Positions 23,767 to 32,000 of a stretch of DNA of 32,000 bases are shown here, one piece after another. Each line of letters opens with the position of its first letter. Position 1 is the stretch's first letter. The notes below the pieces were generated by a model. It was not told the origin of the DNA and ran no database searches. It worked only from the letters and a program-made list of their open reading frames with translations. The stretch is from Pirellula staleyi DSM 6068 (GTDB lineage Bacteria > Planctomycetota > Planctomycetia > Pirellulales > Pirellulaceae): contig CP001848.1 of the NCBI GenBank assembly GCA_000025185.1, positions 4,050,001 to 4,082,000 of the forward strand, in the 5' to 3' direction. The position numbers and the translations under genes are program-made.

Positions 23767-25464
23767 ATGATTCAAGCATCGCTCGCCAACCACAACTCGA
23801 CCGAAAAAAAAGAATCTTCGCGATGGCTGGTGATCGTCGAAGTGCTGTTCATTTTTTGCCTCTTCTTTTTGTTTGCTGGCAACGCTCCGCCGAGTGAAGG
23901 GGAGTCGCATTATCTGGCCAAAGCCAAGCACTACTGGAATCCCAGCTGGTGCGCCGGGGATCTGTTTTTGGAATCCGCCGACGCGCACTACGCGTTCTAC
24001 TGGGTGTTTGGCTGGGTCACCAAGTTCTTCTCGCTCGACAGCAGCACTTGGATCTTACGCATCGTGCTGTGGGGACTGCTGGCAATCAGCTGGCAGCGAC
24101 TGAGTTCGTCGATCATCGCGCGGCCACTTTGGTCGATCTTCACTGCAGCACTATTTCTGGTGGCCCTGCAAACAGCCCCCATGGCTGGCGAATGGGTGGT
24201 AGGTGGTGTCGAGGGAAAAGTGGCTGCCTATGCGGCCCTTTTCATGGCGATCGCTGCGGCCATCGAGGGACGCTGGAATCGGGCCTGGATCTGGATTGGC
24301 GTGGCGAGTGCCTTTCACGTACTTGTCGGCGGCTGGGGCGGGGTGATCCTCGGTGGCGCTTGGTGTTTTACCCCCGAAAATCGCGTTTCCCTTCGTTCGA
24401 TGCTACCGGGGTTGGCCGCAGGTCTTGGCGTAGCGCTCGTCGGACTACTCCCGGCGATTTGGCTCACGCTGGGAACCCCCGCAGAGATCACTGAAGAAGC
24501 CAATCGCATCTACGTGTTCGAGCGATTGCCCCATCACTTGGTGATCCACGCCTTCAAACGCGACCCCTTCATTCAATTTGTGGTGTGTCTGGTGCTGGGC
24601 GCTTGGCTTGCTTGGACGCTGCGTGCTGATCGTCGGCTCCGCTTGCTTTGGCTCGTAGTGACTGGCGCGCTCGTGATTGCCGTAGCGGGGCTTGTGATCG
24701 ATCAGCTTCTTTGGTCGCACCCAGCGCTGGCAGCAAAGCTACTCAAGTATTACTGGTACCGCATGAGCGATTCGATGCTTTCGGTCGGACTGGCGATGGC
24801 AGTGGCGGTGAAGATTATTTCGCTGGAATCGACGCGGCCCAAGCTGGCGCAAGGCCTCCTCGGAGGACTGGTGCTCGTTTGCACGCTGCTGATGATCGAC
24901 CATCGCCAAAAGCGTGTTGCGATGCCTCTTCCGCCGTCGATTGTGCAGTCGAAGCCTACTCCCGATACCCGGTCGATATCGTTTCGGCAGCGTTGGGGCT
25001 TGGCTCCACGCAAAACGATGACACTCGCAAACTACGATTCCATCACGTACGACGAGCACTACTATCACTGGGTGAAAGTGTGCGAGTGGATCGATCAGAA
25101 TACCCCTGCGGAGAGTCGCTTTCTGGTTCCTCGCTCGCAGCAAACATTCAAGTGGTATGCCCAGCGGAGCGACGTTGCGAACTGGAAAGATATTCCGCAA
25201 GATGCGGCGTCGATTGTGAAGTGGCAAAAAACGATCGATGCAATCTACCCGCCGATTTCACGCCGCGCGGACTTGCTTTACTGGAACGATCGCTCGCTCG
25301 AGCGTCTCGGAAAAGAGTTTAACGCGCAGTACATCGTGGTCGATCGCACACGCTCCCAGCGCGTGGTGAAGTTCAAACGGATCTACCCCCGCTTGCTCAA
25401 CGAAAGTGCCGTGTTCGAGGTCTATGAACTGCCTCCTGCGCCGCGCAGCAAGAGTGCGCCATGA
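23767..25464 (+). CDS. Polytopic membrane protein with GT-C-like architecture (about 11-12 TM plus a ~170-aa C-terminal soluble domain); function unknown
   Basis: The hydrophobicity pattern was read by eye. The first extracytoplasmic loop is 'PPSEGESHYLAKAKHYWNPSWCAGDLFLES', an acidic-aromatic loop like the one in ArnT/PMT-type glycosyltransferases. The stop overlaps the Nudix start (ATGA at 25461-25464). Confidence 0.65.
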   Translation: MIQASLANHNSTEKKESSRWLVIVEVLFIFCLFFLFAGNAPPSEGESHYLAKAKHYWNPSWCAGDLFLESADAHYAFYWVFGWVTKFFSLDSSTWILRIVLWGLLAISWQRLSSSIIARPLWSIFTAALFLVALQTAPMAGEWVVGGVEGKVAAYAALFMAIAAAIEGRWNRAWIWIGVASAFHVLVGGWGGVILGGAWCFTPENRVSLRSMLPGLAAGLGVALVGLLPAIWLTLGTPAEITEEANRIYVFERLPHHLVIHAFKRDPFIQFVVCLVLGAWLAWTLRADRRLRLLWLVVTGALVIAVAGLVIDQLLWSHPALAAKLLKYYWYRMSDSMLSVGLAMAVAVKIISLESTRPKLAQGLLGGLVLVCTLLMIDHRQKRVAMPLPPSIVQSKPTPDTRSISFRQRWGLAPRKTMTLANYDSITYDEHYYHWVKVCEWIDQNTPAESRFLVPRSQQTFKWYAQRSDVANWKDIPQDAASIVKWQKTIDAIYPPISRRADLLYWNDRSLERLGKEFNAQYIVVDRTRSQRVVKFKRIYPRLLNESAVFEVYELPPAPRSKSAP

Positions 25465-26111
25465 AGCATCTCCAGCAGCTTAATCCGGAGCAACTCCGGT
25501 CGCGCCTTGCCGAGCGTCTGTCGCTCGCCAAACCGGGCCGCTTGGCCCAGCGCGCGATGGCTCCAGCGCTCGCTTATGGTCGTCATCACGGACCAGCCAC
25601 CGCCACGGCCCGCGAGTCGGCTGTGCTGGCGGCACTGGTGCCAACCGCAGAGGGGTGGCGCATTCCGGTCGTCACCCGCGCAGCAAGTTTGCGAGCCCAC
25701 GCCGGTCAGGTGAGCTTGCCAGGAGGGAGCCTCGAACCGGGAGAATCCCCCAGCGAAGCGGCGCTACGCGAGTTTGCCGAAGAGATGGGACCCGAATTGC
25801 CGTTCGCCACGATCGCTGGCGAACTTTCGAGCATCTTTGTGTTTGTCAGCGGCTTTGTCATTCGCCCCATCGTCGCTGTCGCCGATTCGCCGCTGCAGTT
25901 TCAGCCGAGCGCGGCGGAAGTCGATCGCATCTTGCTCGTCCCCCCCGAATCGCTCGAATCGCCCCAATTTCGTGGCATGCATTTGGTTCAGCGCCGCGGA
26001 TTGCAGTTTTCCGCTCCCTGCTATCTGGTTGAAGAGCAAAAAATTTGGGGGGCAACTTGCATGATTCTGGCCGAACTAGCAGCCGCGCTCGACGACATAG
26101 CCCGGCCGTAG
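25461..26111 (+). CDS. Nudix hydrolase, CoA-pyrophosphatase subfamily
   Basis: Nudix box 'GGSLEPGESPSEAALREFAEEMG' is preceded by 'VVTRAASLRAHAGQVSLPGG'. That pairing resembles the CoA-pyrophosphatase (NudL/PCD1) signature LLTxR..LR...G.v.FPGG. Confidence 0.78.
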   Translation: MKHLQQLNPEQLRSRLAERLSLAKPGRLAQRAMAPALAYGRHHGPATATARESAVLAALVPTAEGWRIPVVTRAASLRAHAGQVSLPGGSLEPGESPSEAALREFAEEMGPELPFATIAGELSSIFVFVSGFVIRPIVAVADSPLQFQPSAAEVDRILLVPPESLESPQFRGMHLVQRRGLQFSAPCYLVEEQKIWGATCMILAELAAALDDIARP

Positions 26112-26153
26112 CGCCCCGAGTCTTGGTACGACACTCTCTCGTGGCCTACTCCC

Positions 26154-26183
26154 TTGGCTAGAAAAGCCAGAACGCTCTATATT
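26154..26183 (+). promoter_or_regulatory. Candidate promoter for argC (TTGGCT-N18-TATATT)
   Basis: TTGGCT at 26154..26159, an 18-nt spacer, then TATATT at 26178..26183 within CTCTATATT. It lies ~130 nt upstream of the argC ATG. Confidence 0.3.
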
Positions 26184-26314
26184 ACCAAGCCCCCAGCCGC
26201 GAAATTCGCTGACGGATGCCCAGGGTGAACCCGGCCCCTCGCGGACGTGTCACTCACCAGAATTGCGCGCGTGGGAGTTTGGTTTCAACGGTTTACCTAC
26301 TGAAAGTTCGGTCC

Positions 26315-27322
26315 ATGGTACGAGTTGGCATTTTAGGCGCCACTGGTTACACCGCTTTGGAAGCGATGAAGCTGCTTCTGCGTCATCCCGGCGCTCAGAT
26401 CACGGCCGTGACCAGCCGCACTGACAAATCGCCACTCGCTGCTGTGCATCCTCAACTAGCGCGTCGTTTGGAGCTGTCGCTCGAAGACCTTTCCATTGCC
26501 CAGCTGCAAGAGCGCTGCGACTGCGTGTTTAGCTGCTTGCCACACGCCGCTTCTGCTGAGATTGCCAAGCAACTGGTGGAGGTCGGCGTTCGGGTGGTCG
26601 ATTTTAGTGCCGACTATCGCCTGAACGATCCGGTGAGCTACAAAAAATGGTACGAGCACGAACACCCCGACCCAGCGCGACTCGGCAACACCGTTTACGG
26701 TTTGCCGGAACTCTTTCGGGAGCAGATTCCTGCCGCTAATCTGGTCGCTAATCCGGGTTGCTATCCCACCTCGGCGATCCTGCCACTAGCGCCGCTGCTG
26801 AAGGCGGGACTTGTCGAACCCGGCGATATTATTGTCGACAGCAAAAGCGGTGTTTCGGGAGCTGGACGAACCCCCAAACTCGGCACGCTCTACCCCGAAT
26901 GCAACGAAAGCATCTCGGCCTACAGCGTGGGGAAGCATCGGCATCAGCCCGAGATCGAACAGATTTTGGGACGCGTTTCGAGCGCTACGCCCCAGATCAT
27001 CTTCACGCCCCATCTCACTCCGATGGATCGCGGCATCCTTTCAGTGTCGTACTCCAAACCGACACGCTCGGTCACAGAGGCCGAACTGCTCGAAATCCTC
27101 AGCGATTTCTACAAGAACGAGCCTTTCGTCCGAGTCAGCAAAACATTGCCCACCACGAAAGATGTCGCTCATACAAACTTTTGCGACATCACCGCGCGCG
27201 TTAATGGTGGACGCGTGCTGCTGATCAGTGTGATCGATAACCTGATCAAAGGTGCGTCGGGTGCAGCGGTGCAGAACTTCAACTTGATGTACGGTTTCGA
27301 CGAAACCACCGCGCTGCTGTAG
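26315..27322 (+). CDS. argC: N-acetyl-gamma-glutamyl-phosphate reductase
   Basis: The true start is taken as ATG 26315, giving 'MVRVGILGATGYTALE' (Rossmann N-terminus). Catalytic 'NPGCYPTSAILPLAPL' and C-terminal 'DNLIKGASGAAVQNFNLMYG'. The tracked ORF start at 26216 is an upstream extension. Confidence 0.92.
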   Translation: MVRVGILGATGYTALEAMKLLLRHPGAQITAVTSRTDKSPLAAVHPQLARRLELSLEDLSIAQLQERCDCVFSCLPHAASAEIAKQLVEVGVRVVDFSADYRLNDPVSYKKWYEHEHPDPARLGNTVYGLPELFREQIPAANLVANPGCYPTSAILPLAPLLKAGLVEPGDIIVDSKSGVSGAGRTPKLGTLYPECNESISAYSVGKHRHQPEIEQILGRVSSATPQIIFTPHLTPMDRGILSVSYSKPTRSVTEAELLEILSDFYKNEPFVRVSKTLPTTKDVAHTNFCDITARVNGGRVLLISVIDNLIKGASGAAVQNFNLMYGFDETTALL

Positions 27323-27435
27323 TCAGTTGCTGCAAGGCACTCGCAGGCAACTAGGCTCCCGAAATCGCCGGTGAATCGCTCGCAGTGCGAGTTGGACTAA
27401 AGTGAAATCGATGGACACGTAGTAACTTCGAAAGA

Positions 27436-28635
27436 ATGGGCTCCATGACGTACGTCGTACCACGCGGATTCGAAATGGCAGGGGTTGCTTGCGGCATCAA
27501 GAAGTCGGGTAAAGACGACCTGACATTGATCCATATTCCAAGCGGTGGCGTAGCTGCCGGGGTTTACACCACCAACCTCGTCCACGCTGCTCCTGTAACG
27601 ATCGATCGAGCACGCACTCCATCGGCTAACTTCCGAGCGCTCGTGGTGAACTCCGGCAATGCAAACGCCTGCACTGGCGAGCGTGGCATGCGCGACGCAC
27701 TGGAAATGTGTCGTTTGGCGGGAGAAGCTGTCGGCGCTACCGCTGAACAAACGCTCGTGATGAGCACCGGCATCATTGGCGTGTTCCTGCCGATGGAAAA
27801 AATCGCCTCGGGCATCGCTGCTGCCACAGCGCGACTCGCGAGCGATGAAGCTGCGTTCATCGCCGCTGCCAAAGGGATCATGACGACCGACGCGTTCATG
27901 AAGGTAGTGAGCAAACAGGTGGAAGTGGCTGGCTCGACCGTCACCCTTTCCGGCATGTGCAAAGGGGCGGGGATGATCGGTCCGCAGATGGCGACGATGC
28001 TCGCCGTGATGATGACCGATGCCAATATCACACCCGCTGATGCTCGCGCTTTGCTACAGCGTGTCGCCGATCAAAGCTTCAACTGCATCAGTGTCGAAGG
28101 GCACATGAGCACCAACGATACGCTGCTGCTGCTGGCCAGTGGCGCTGCTTCGAGTGCGCCGCTCGCGGGCGACGACCTGCTGGCCTTCGAGAAGGCGCTG
28201 CTGGACGCTTGTATCGAACTCGCCACGCAAATTCCCGACGACGGCGAAGGGGCCACCCATCTCATCGAAATCGAAGTGCGCGGCACTAAGTCCCCCAAAG
28301 AGGCACGCACGATTGCTCAAACGATTGCCAACAGCGCCCTGGTGAAAACGGCCATCACCGGAGGGGATCCGAACTGGGGACGGATTGTCTCTGCTGCAGG
28401 ATACGCCGGTGTTCCTTTCGATCCCGCCGGGGTCGACCTGACGATTAATGGCCATCCTGTCTATGCCCAGGGCTCTCCCCTGCCGTTCGACCCCAAGACG
28501 GTTTCGACCTCAATGAAAGAGAATCGCAAAACCCATCTGCTGCTGACGCTGCGTGAAGGGGAGGAGTCGATTCGCTTCTGGACGAGCGATCTAACAGTCG
28601 ACTACGTCCGCTTCAACGCCGACTACACGACCTAG
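27436..28635 (+). CDS. argJ: Bifunctional glutamate N-acetyltransferase / amino-acid acetyltransferase
   Basis: 'GFEMAGVACGIKKSGKDDL', the autoprocessing site 'KGAGMIGPQMATMLAVMMTDA', 'STNDT', 'DGEGATH' and 'GGDPNWGRI' are all canonical ArgJ motifs. Confidence 0.92.
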   Translation: MGSMTYVVPRGFEMAGVACGIKKSGKDDLTLIHIPSGGVAAGVYTTNLVHAAPVTIDRARTPSANFRALVVNSGNANACTGERGMRDALEMCRLAGEAVGATAEQTLVMSTGIIGVFLPMEKIASGIAAATARLASDEAAFIAAAKGIMTTDAFMKVVSKQVEVAGSTVTLSGMCKGAGMIGPQMATMLAVMMTDANITPADARALLQRVADQSFNCISVEGHMSTNDTLLLLASGAASSAPLAGDDLLAFEKALLDACIELATQIPDDGEGATHLIEIEVRGTKSPKEARTIAQTIANSALVKTAITGGDPNWGRIVSAAGYAGVPFDPAGVDLTINGHPVYAQGSPLPFDPKTVSTSMKENRKTHLLLTLREGEESIRFWTSDLTVDYVRFNADYTT

Positions 28636-28878
28636 TTTGGTCTCGCTCGGCTGTCAAACTCCCCGGTTACGAGCGTGATTTCGTCGAGAACGAGAGGCGG
28701 CAAGGTCGGTTGTGCGAGCAAAATGGCAATTTCGCATAACTCTTGAGGCGAACGAGCACTCTCGGCTTGCAATTTTGTCCCCTCTACGAGAGATTCTTTC
28801 AAGAGTTCGAGCGTTTCAGCGAACTACGTGCCGAGCGATTTTCCTAATCTCTTAGAACACATCCTTATAAAGCCCGCT

Positions 28879-29781
28879 ATGCTCAACGCTTTGATGACGG
28901 AATTTGTCGCACTCTTCGCACTCACTGCCATGGAGATTGTGCTCGGGATCGACAACATCGTTTTCATCTCGGTAGCCTCGGCCCGATTGCCTCTCGAGCA
29001 GCAAGCCAGAGCGCGCTGGATTGGTCTACTCGCAGCGATGGGAACCCGTCTATTGCTGCTGCTATGCATCAGCTGGATCATGGGACTCACTGTCGCTGCG
29101 TTTCAGTGGGATCAGATTCTGCCCGCATCGTGGATCGATGCCATGAAGTCCAAACCCACAGCACAAGTTGTCAGTGGCGAGCCCGGAACTGTTCCTGCTA
29201 CGACGGATGCCGCGACCGAGGAAAAACATGCGGACGAAGAACATAAACACAGTGCTCACGACGAAGAAGCCTTCCAAGAATTCAATGTGGTTTCGTGGAA
29301 AGATTTGATTTTGCTCTTCGGTGGGCTCTTCCTGATTCGAAGCAGCGTGATTGAGATCCATCATAAGATGGAGGGAGCGCATGCCGATCCGAAAGCGAAG
29401 GGTCGCGCGACGTTTGGGCAGGTGATCTTTCAGATCGCGATGCTCGACATCATCTTCTCGCTCGACAGCGTGATTACTGCCGTCGGTATGGCAGAAAGTA
29501 TCTACGTGATGATGACAGCGGTGGTTATCGCGGTCGGAGTGATGATGATCTTTGCCGGAACGATTTCTGAGTTCGTCGAGCGGCACCCCACGGTGAAAAT
29601 GCTCGCCCTCTCGTTCCTGCTGCTCATTGGTGTGATGCTGGTGGCTGAAGGTGCTGGAACGCACATCAACAAAGGCTACATCTACTTCGCGATGGCATTC
29701 TCGCTCGGTGTTGAAATCCTCAACCTGCGCATGAAAGCAGCTGCGGCCCGCAAGCTCGCAGCTGCTGAGAAAAGTCACTAG
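28879..29781 (+). CDS. TerC-family integral membrane protein
   Basis: Paired TerC motifs 'LTAMEIVLGIDNIVFISV' and 'MLDIIFSLDSVITAVG'. The ORF opens at GTG 28828 and ATG 28879 (MLNALMTEF...) is preferred, but the start is uncertain. A hydrophilic central loop carries a few His and acidic residues. Confidence 0.82.
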   Translation: MLNALMTEFVALFALTAMEIVLGIDNIVFISVASARLPLEQQARARWIGLLAAMGTRLLLLLCISWIMGLTVAAFQWDQILPASWIDAMKSKPTAQVVSGEPGTVPATTDAATEEKHADEEHKHSAHDEEAFQEFNVVSWKDLILLFGGLFLIRSSVIEIHHKMEGAHADPKAKGRATFGQVIFQIAMLDIIFSLDSVITAVGMAESIYVMMTAVVIAVGVMMIFAGTISEFVERHPTVKMLALSFLLLIGVMLVAEGAGTHINKGYIYFAMAFSLGVEILNLRMKAAAARKLAAAEKSH

Positions 29782-29824
29782 TTCGCCTGAAAAAGCGAGC
29801 TTTTGTCGTGGAGTCGCAGCGATC

Positions 29825-30718
29825 TTACTTCGACGCTGCGGCCAAATAGTCATCAAATAGCTTGCGCTGTTTGGTGAGGGCGGAGATACGATCTTCCTGC
29901 TTGCTGGCCGCTTCGAGCAAGACCCAACCTTCGTACTTGCTCGTCACCAGCAGTTTGACGAGTTCAGCAAACGGATAGTCGGCTGTATCGAGTTCGCGAA
30001 CATGCACAGTGCTGCCAAACCGCGAACGCACGAGATCGAAGTTGGCTTTCAGCCCCTCTCCTTTCAGGTCGGTGGCGTTGCTGTTCCAGCAGACGTACAC
30101 GTTCTCGTCGGTGGCGATCTCCATGATGGCTTTGATCGTCGGGAGTTCACTGCATTGTCCGTGAACTTCCAGCCGCACTTGCTGACCAAATCCTGCAGCG
30201 TACTCTCCTAGTTCGTTGAGCGCCTTGCCAATCTGCTCAATGGTTTTTTCGCGCGGCACGTTATCGTAAAACCGATCTGGTTTCACCTTCACGCCACTCC
30301 CGCCAATGTCGTGGCTGAGGCGAATGAAGTCCTTGGTCTTCTCGATTGCAGCTTTCACTTTTTCAGGATCGGGGTTATCGAAACGTTCATCGCTCCCGAT
30401 ACCGACAAGCGTGATCCCGGCCTCGGCAAATTGCGAAGCGACTGCCTGGCGTTGTTCGTCGTTTAAGCTCGGCTCGACCATGTGCTTGTGGGTCGTCCGT
30501 AGCTCGACACCTTGCACGCCGGTCGCTTTGCAGTTTTTCAGGAGCGTGGGGAGATCCCAATCTGCGCCCCACATGTATGTAACCAGACCAAACGCGATGG
30601 CACTTGGTTCAGCTTCCTGCGCTTGTGCTAGGGAGGTCAAAAACGTAGGTGCGGCAAGTGCGGCGAGCGATACTCCCGCCAGGCTTTTCAGGGCATCGCG
30701 ACGATTGGTGCGAGTCAT
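29825..30718 (-). CDS. Tat-exported sugar-phosphate isomerase/epimerase-like protein (xylose-isomerase-like TIM barrel)
   Basis: Twin-arginine signal 'MTRTNRRDALKSLAGVSLAALAAPTFLTSLAQA'. Its ~260-aa body has the alternating pattern and 'VELR...H', 'LEVHG', 'D..H' residues typical of AP-endonuclease-2/xylose-isomerase-like TIM barrels. The family call is from memory only. Confidence 0.7.
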   Translation of the reverse strand: MTRTNRRDALKSLAGVSLAALAAPTFLTSLAQAQEAEPSAIAFGLVTYMWGADWDLPTLLKNCKATGVQGVELRTTHKHMVEPSLNDEQRQAVASQFAEAGITLVGIGSDERFDNPDPEKVKAAIEKTKDFIRLSHDIGGSGVKVKPDRFYDNVPREKTIEQIGKALNELGEYAAGFGQQVRLEVHGQCSELPTIKAIMEIATDENVYVCWNSNATDLKGEGLKANFDLVRSRFGSTVHVRELDTADYPFAELVKLLVTSKYEGWVLLEAASKQEDRISALTKQRKLFDDYLAAASK

Positions 30719-30877
30719 CGAGTCGTTCCTTGTGCGTTACGTGAGAAGAGAGCGCGCGATGCGGCCCGTGACGGCGTCGCGACGTTGGGTTTGGCGATCC
30801 GGAAAGTCTACCACGCTGCGCAGCAGATCGCGCCAGGATGCCGAAAATCGGGATAAACCTCTGCAATTCGCGAGGAT

Positions 30878-31969
30878 TTATCGATTCAGGATAGCGACCC
30901 GTGGAGGTCGCTCGGCGTGGGCCGAATGAATCGCCTGAGGGAGCTGGTCGAGCGAGAATTCGAGGGGAACGAGCGACTCGAATGGAAATCGCGAACTAGC
31001 CCGCGCGAGAAACGTAATTGCACTTTGCAAATCGGCAGGGGTGTAGTTGTGCATCCCTCGAATGGTCAGGCATTTGCGAACGATTTGCTCCGCAAAAAGT
31101 GCGACAGCTGGTTGCGGAAAAACACTTCCCACTAAGATCAAACGGCCACCAGGGCGGAGCATCGCCACACTGCGCTCGATGGCACTATTGCTCCCCGACA
31201 TTTCGAGTACTACGTCGCAGCCGCGACCAGCGGTGAGTACGAGGACTTCATCGGTGAGTGCTTGCGGGTCCGCTGTCGACTGCAGTGTGTGAGTAGCGCC
31301 AAAGGCTCGGGCCTGCGCGAGACGCCCGTGATCGATATCGATTCCGATCGTGCTCGCGGCATCTTCCATCGCGCACCAAGCAAGCGCCGTGAGCCCCAGC
31401 ATGCCGCACCCTTGCACTACCACATGCTCGCCAGCACGCAGATCAGCGGCGCGGATGGCAGCGGCCACAGTCGACGTGGCGCAGCTGGCAGGTGTGGCCA
31501 CCTTAAACGACATCGTGTCGGGCACGATAGCGATGGCGGTTCCTGCGGTTAGGTGGCATGTTTCAGCAAGTCCACCCGAAAGTTTCGGCATCTTTGCGAG
31601 CGATTCGTGGCCATACTTAAACAGCGACTCGCATTTTTGCGGCAGATCGTGGGTGCAGTAAAAGCAGGTTTTGCAACTCGCCGCGACACCCCAGGTGATG
31701 CGCGAACCGATCGTTAAGGGTTCGCCGCTGAGGGAGAGAATCGTTTCGCTGCGAGGAAGCTCGACAACCCGGCCAAGCATTTCGTGCCCCAGCACCGTGG
31801 GAAGTGGAGTGCTGCGCCGACCTTCGATCGTGTGGAGATCGCTGCCACAGAGGGTGCAACATTCGATGGCGACACGCACTTCCCCCTGGCGAAGTGGTTC
31901 GACCGGAAGCGATTCGAGCTGGAGTGGATGATTGCTTCCGCGAAAGACCCAAGCGCGCGAGGTCGTCAT
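30878..31969 (-). CDS. Zinc-dependent alcohol dehydrogenase family (MDR) oxidoreductase
   Basis: Catalytic Zn ligands 'CTLCGSDLH' and 'LGHEMLGRV'. Structural Zn motif 'CKTCFYCTHDLPQKC'. NAD(P) fold 'VVVQGCGMLGL'. Confidence 0.85.
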   Translation of the reverse strand: MTTSRAWVFRGSNHPLQLESLPVEPLRQGEVRVAIECCTLCGSDLHTIEGRRSTPLPTVLGHEMLGRVVELPRSETILSLSGEPLTIGSRITWGVAASCKTCFYCTHDLPQKCESLFKYGHESLAKMPKLSGGLAETCHLTAGTAIAIVPDTMSFKVATPASCATSTVAAAIRAADLRAGEHVVVQGCGMLGLTALAWCAMEDAASTIGIDIDHGRLAQARAFGATHTLQSTADPQALTDEVLVLTAGRGCDVVLEMSGSNSAIERSVAMLRPGGRLILVGSVFPQPAVALFAEQIVRKCLTIRGMHNYTPADLQSAITFLARASSRFPFESLVPLEFSLDQLPQAIHSAHAERPPRVAILNR

Positions 31970-32000
31970 GGCAGGCAGACTGGGGAGCGTTTGGGGAAGG

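Noticed and set aside
26216-26314. N-terminal 33-codon extension of the argC ORF in the track.
   Set aside because: The Rossmann N-terminus 'MVRVGILGATGYTALE' begins at ATG 26315. The extension is Arg/Pro-rich with no homology expectation, and it would overlap the candidate promoter.
28636-28878. Possible yybP-ykoY (Mn2+) riboswitch upstream of the TerC-family gene.
   Set aside because: The conserved GGGGAGTAG-type core is not present on the coding strand. The only GGGGAG occurs on the opposite strand (complement of 'aaactccccgg'). An Infernal scan would be needed to overturn this.
29113-29300. His/acidic loop in the TerC-family protein ('TEEKHADEEHKHSAHDEE') as a further metal-binding element.
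   Set aside because: It has only about 5 His in a short stretch, and hydrophilic central loops are normal in this family. The evidence is too weak to claim anything.
1-32000. A search for mobile elements, CRISPR arrays, tRNA/rRNA genes and defence or toxin-antitoxin modules.
   Set aside because: I saw no transposase, integrase or recombinase motifs, no regularly spaced direct repeats, no tRNA-like T-arm (GGTTCGAATCC-type) sequences and no terminal inverted repeats. The window appears to be conserved core genome.

Overview
The window reads as ordinary core chromosome from a moderately GC-rich bacterium. A Planctomycete (Pirellulales-like) origin is my inference, based on a Tat-signal xylose-isomerase-like TIM-barrel protein, Ala/Glu/Pro-rich linkers and a split nuo cluster; it is not verified. 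I call about 24 protein genes. In order they are: methionine salvage (mtnD, 5'-truncated, and mtnC); an orphan secreted protein; a tightly coupled complex I membrane-arm block nuoH-J-K-L-M-N (3.5-13.8 kb); a small helical hypothetical; tatD; trxB; dedA; an MFS transporter; asnS; a secreted rhodanese; prpC-prpB; a GT-C-like polytopic membrane protein translationally coupled to a CoA-pyrophosphatase-type Nudix hydrolase; argC; argJ; a TerC-family protein; a Tat-exported sugar-phosphate isomerase/epimerase-like protein; and a Zn-dependent alcohol dehydrogenase. I found no rRNA, tRNA, CRISPR array, transposase/integrase, phage gene or recognisable defence system. The one unusual part is the nuo block. 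nuoI is absent between nuoH and nuoJ, and nuoA-G are not upstream. Every subunit except NuoK is much longer than its textbook counterpart. NuoL (1035 aa) carries two extremely His-rich insertions, one with 31 His in 77 residues flanked by two extra hydrophobic helices. NuoJ has a roughly 160-aa C-terminal extension with about four extra helices. NuoM has a roughly 135-aa loop domain. NuoN and NuoH carry Ala/Glu/Pro-rich segments. All product calls rest on motif recognition by eye; no BLAST or HMM searches were possible. Many long antisense 'shadow' ORFs in the track were rejected.
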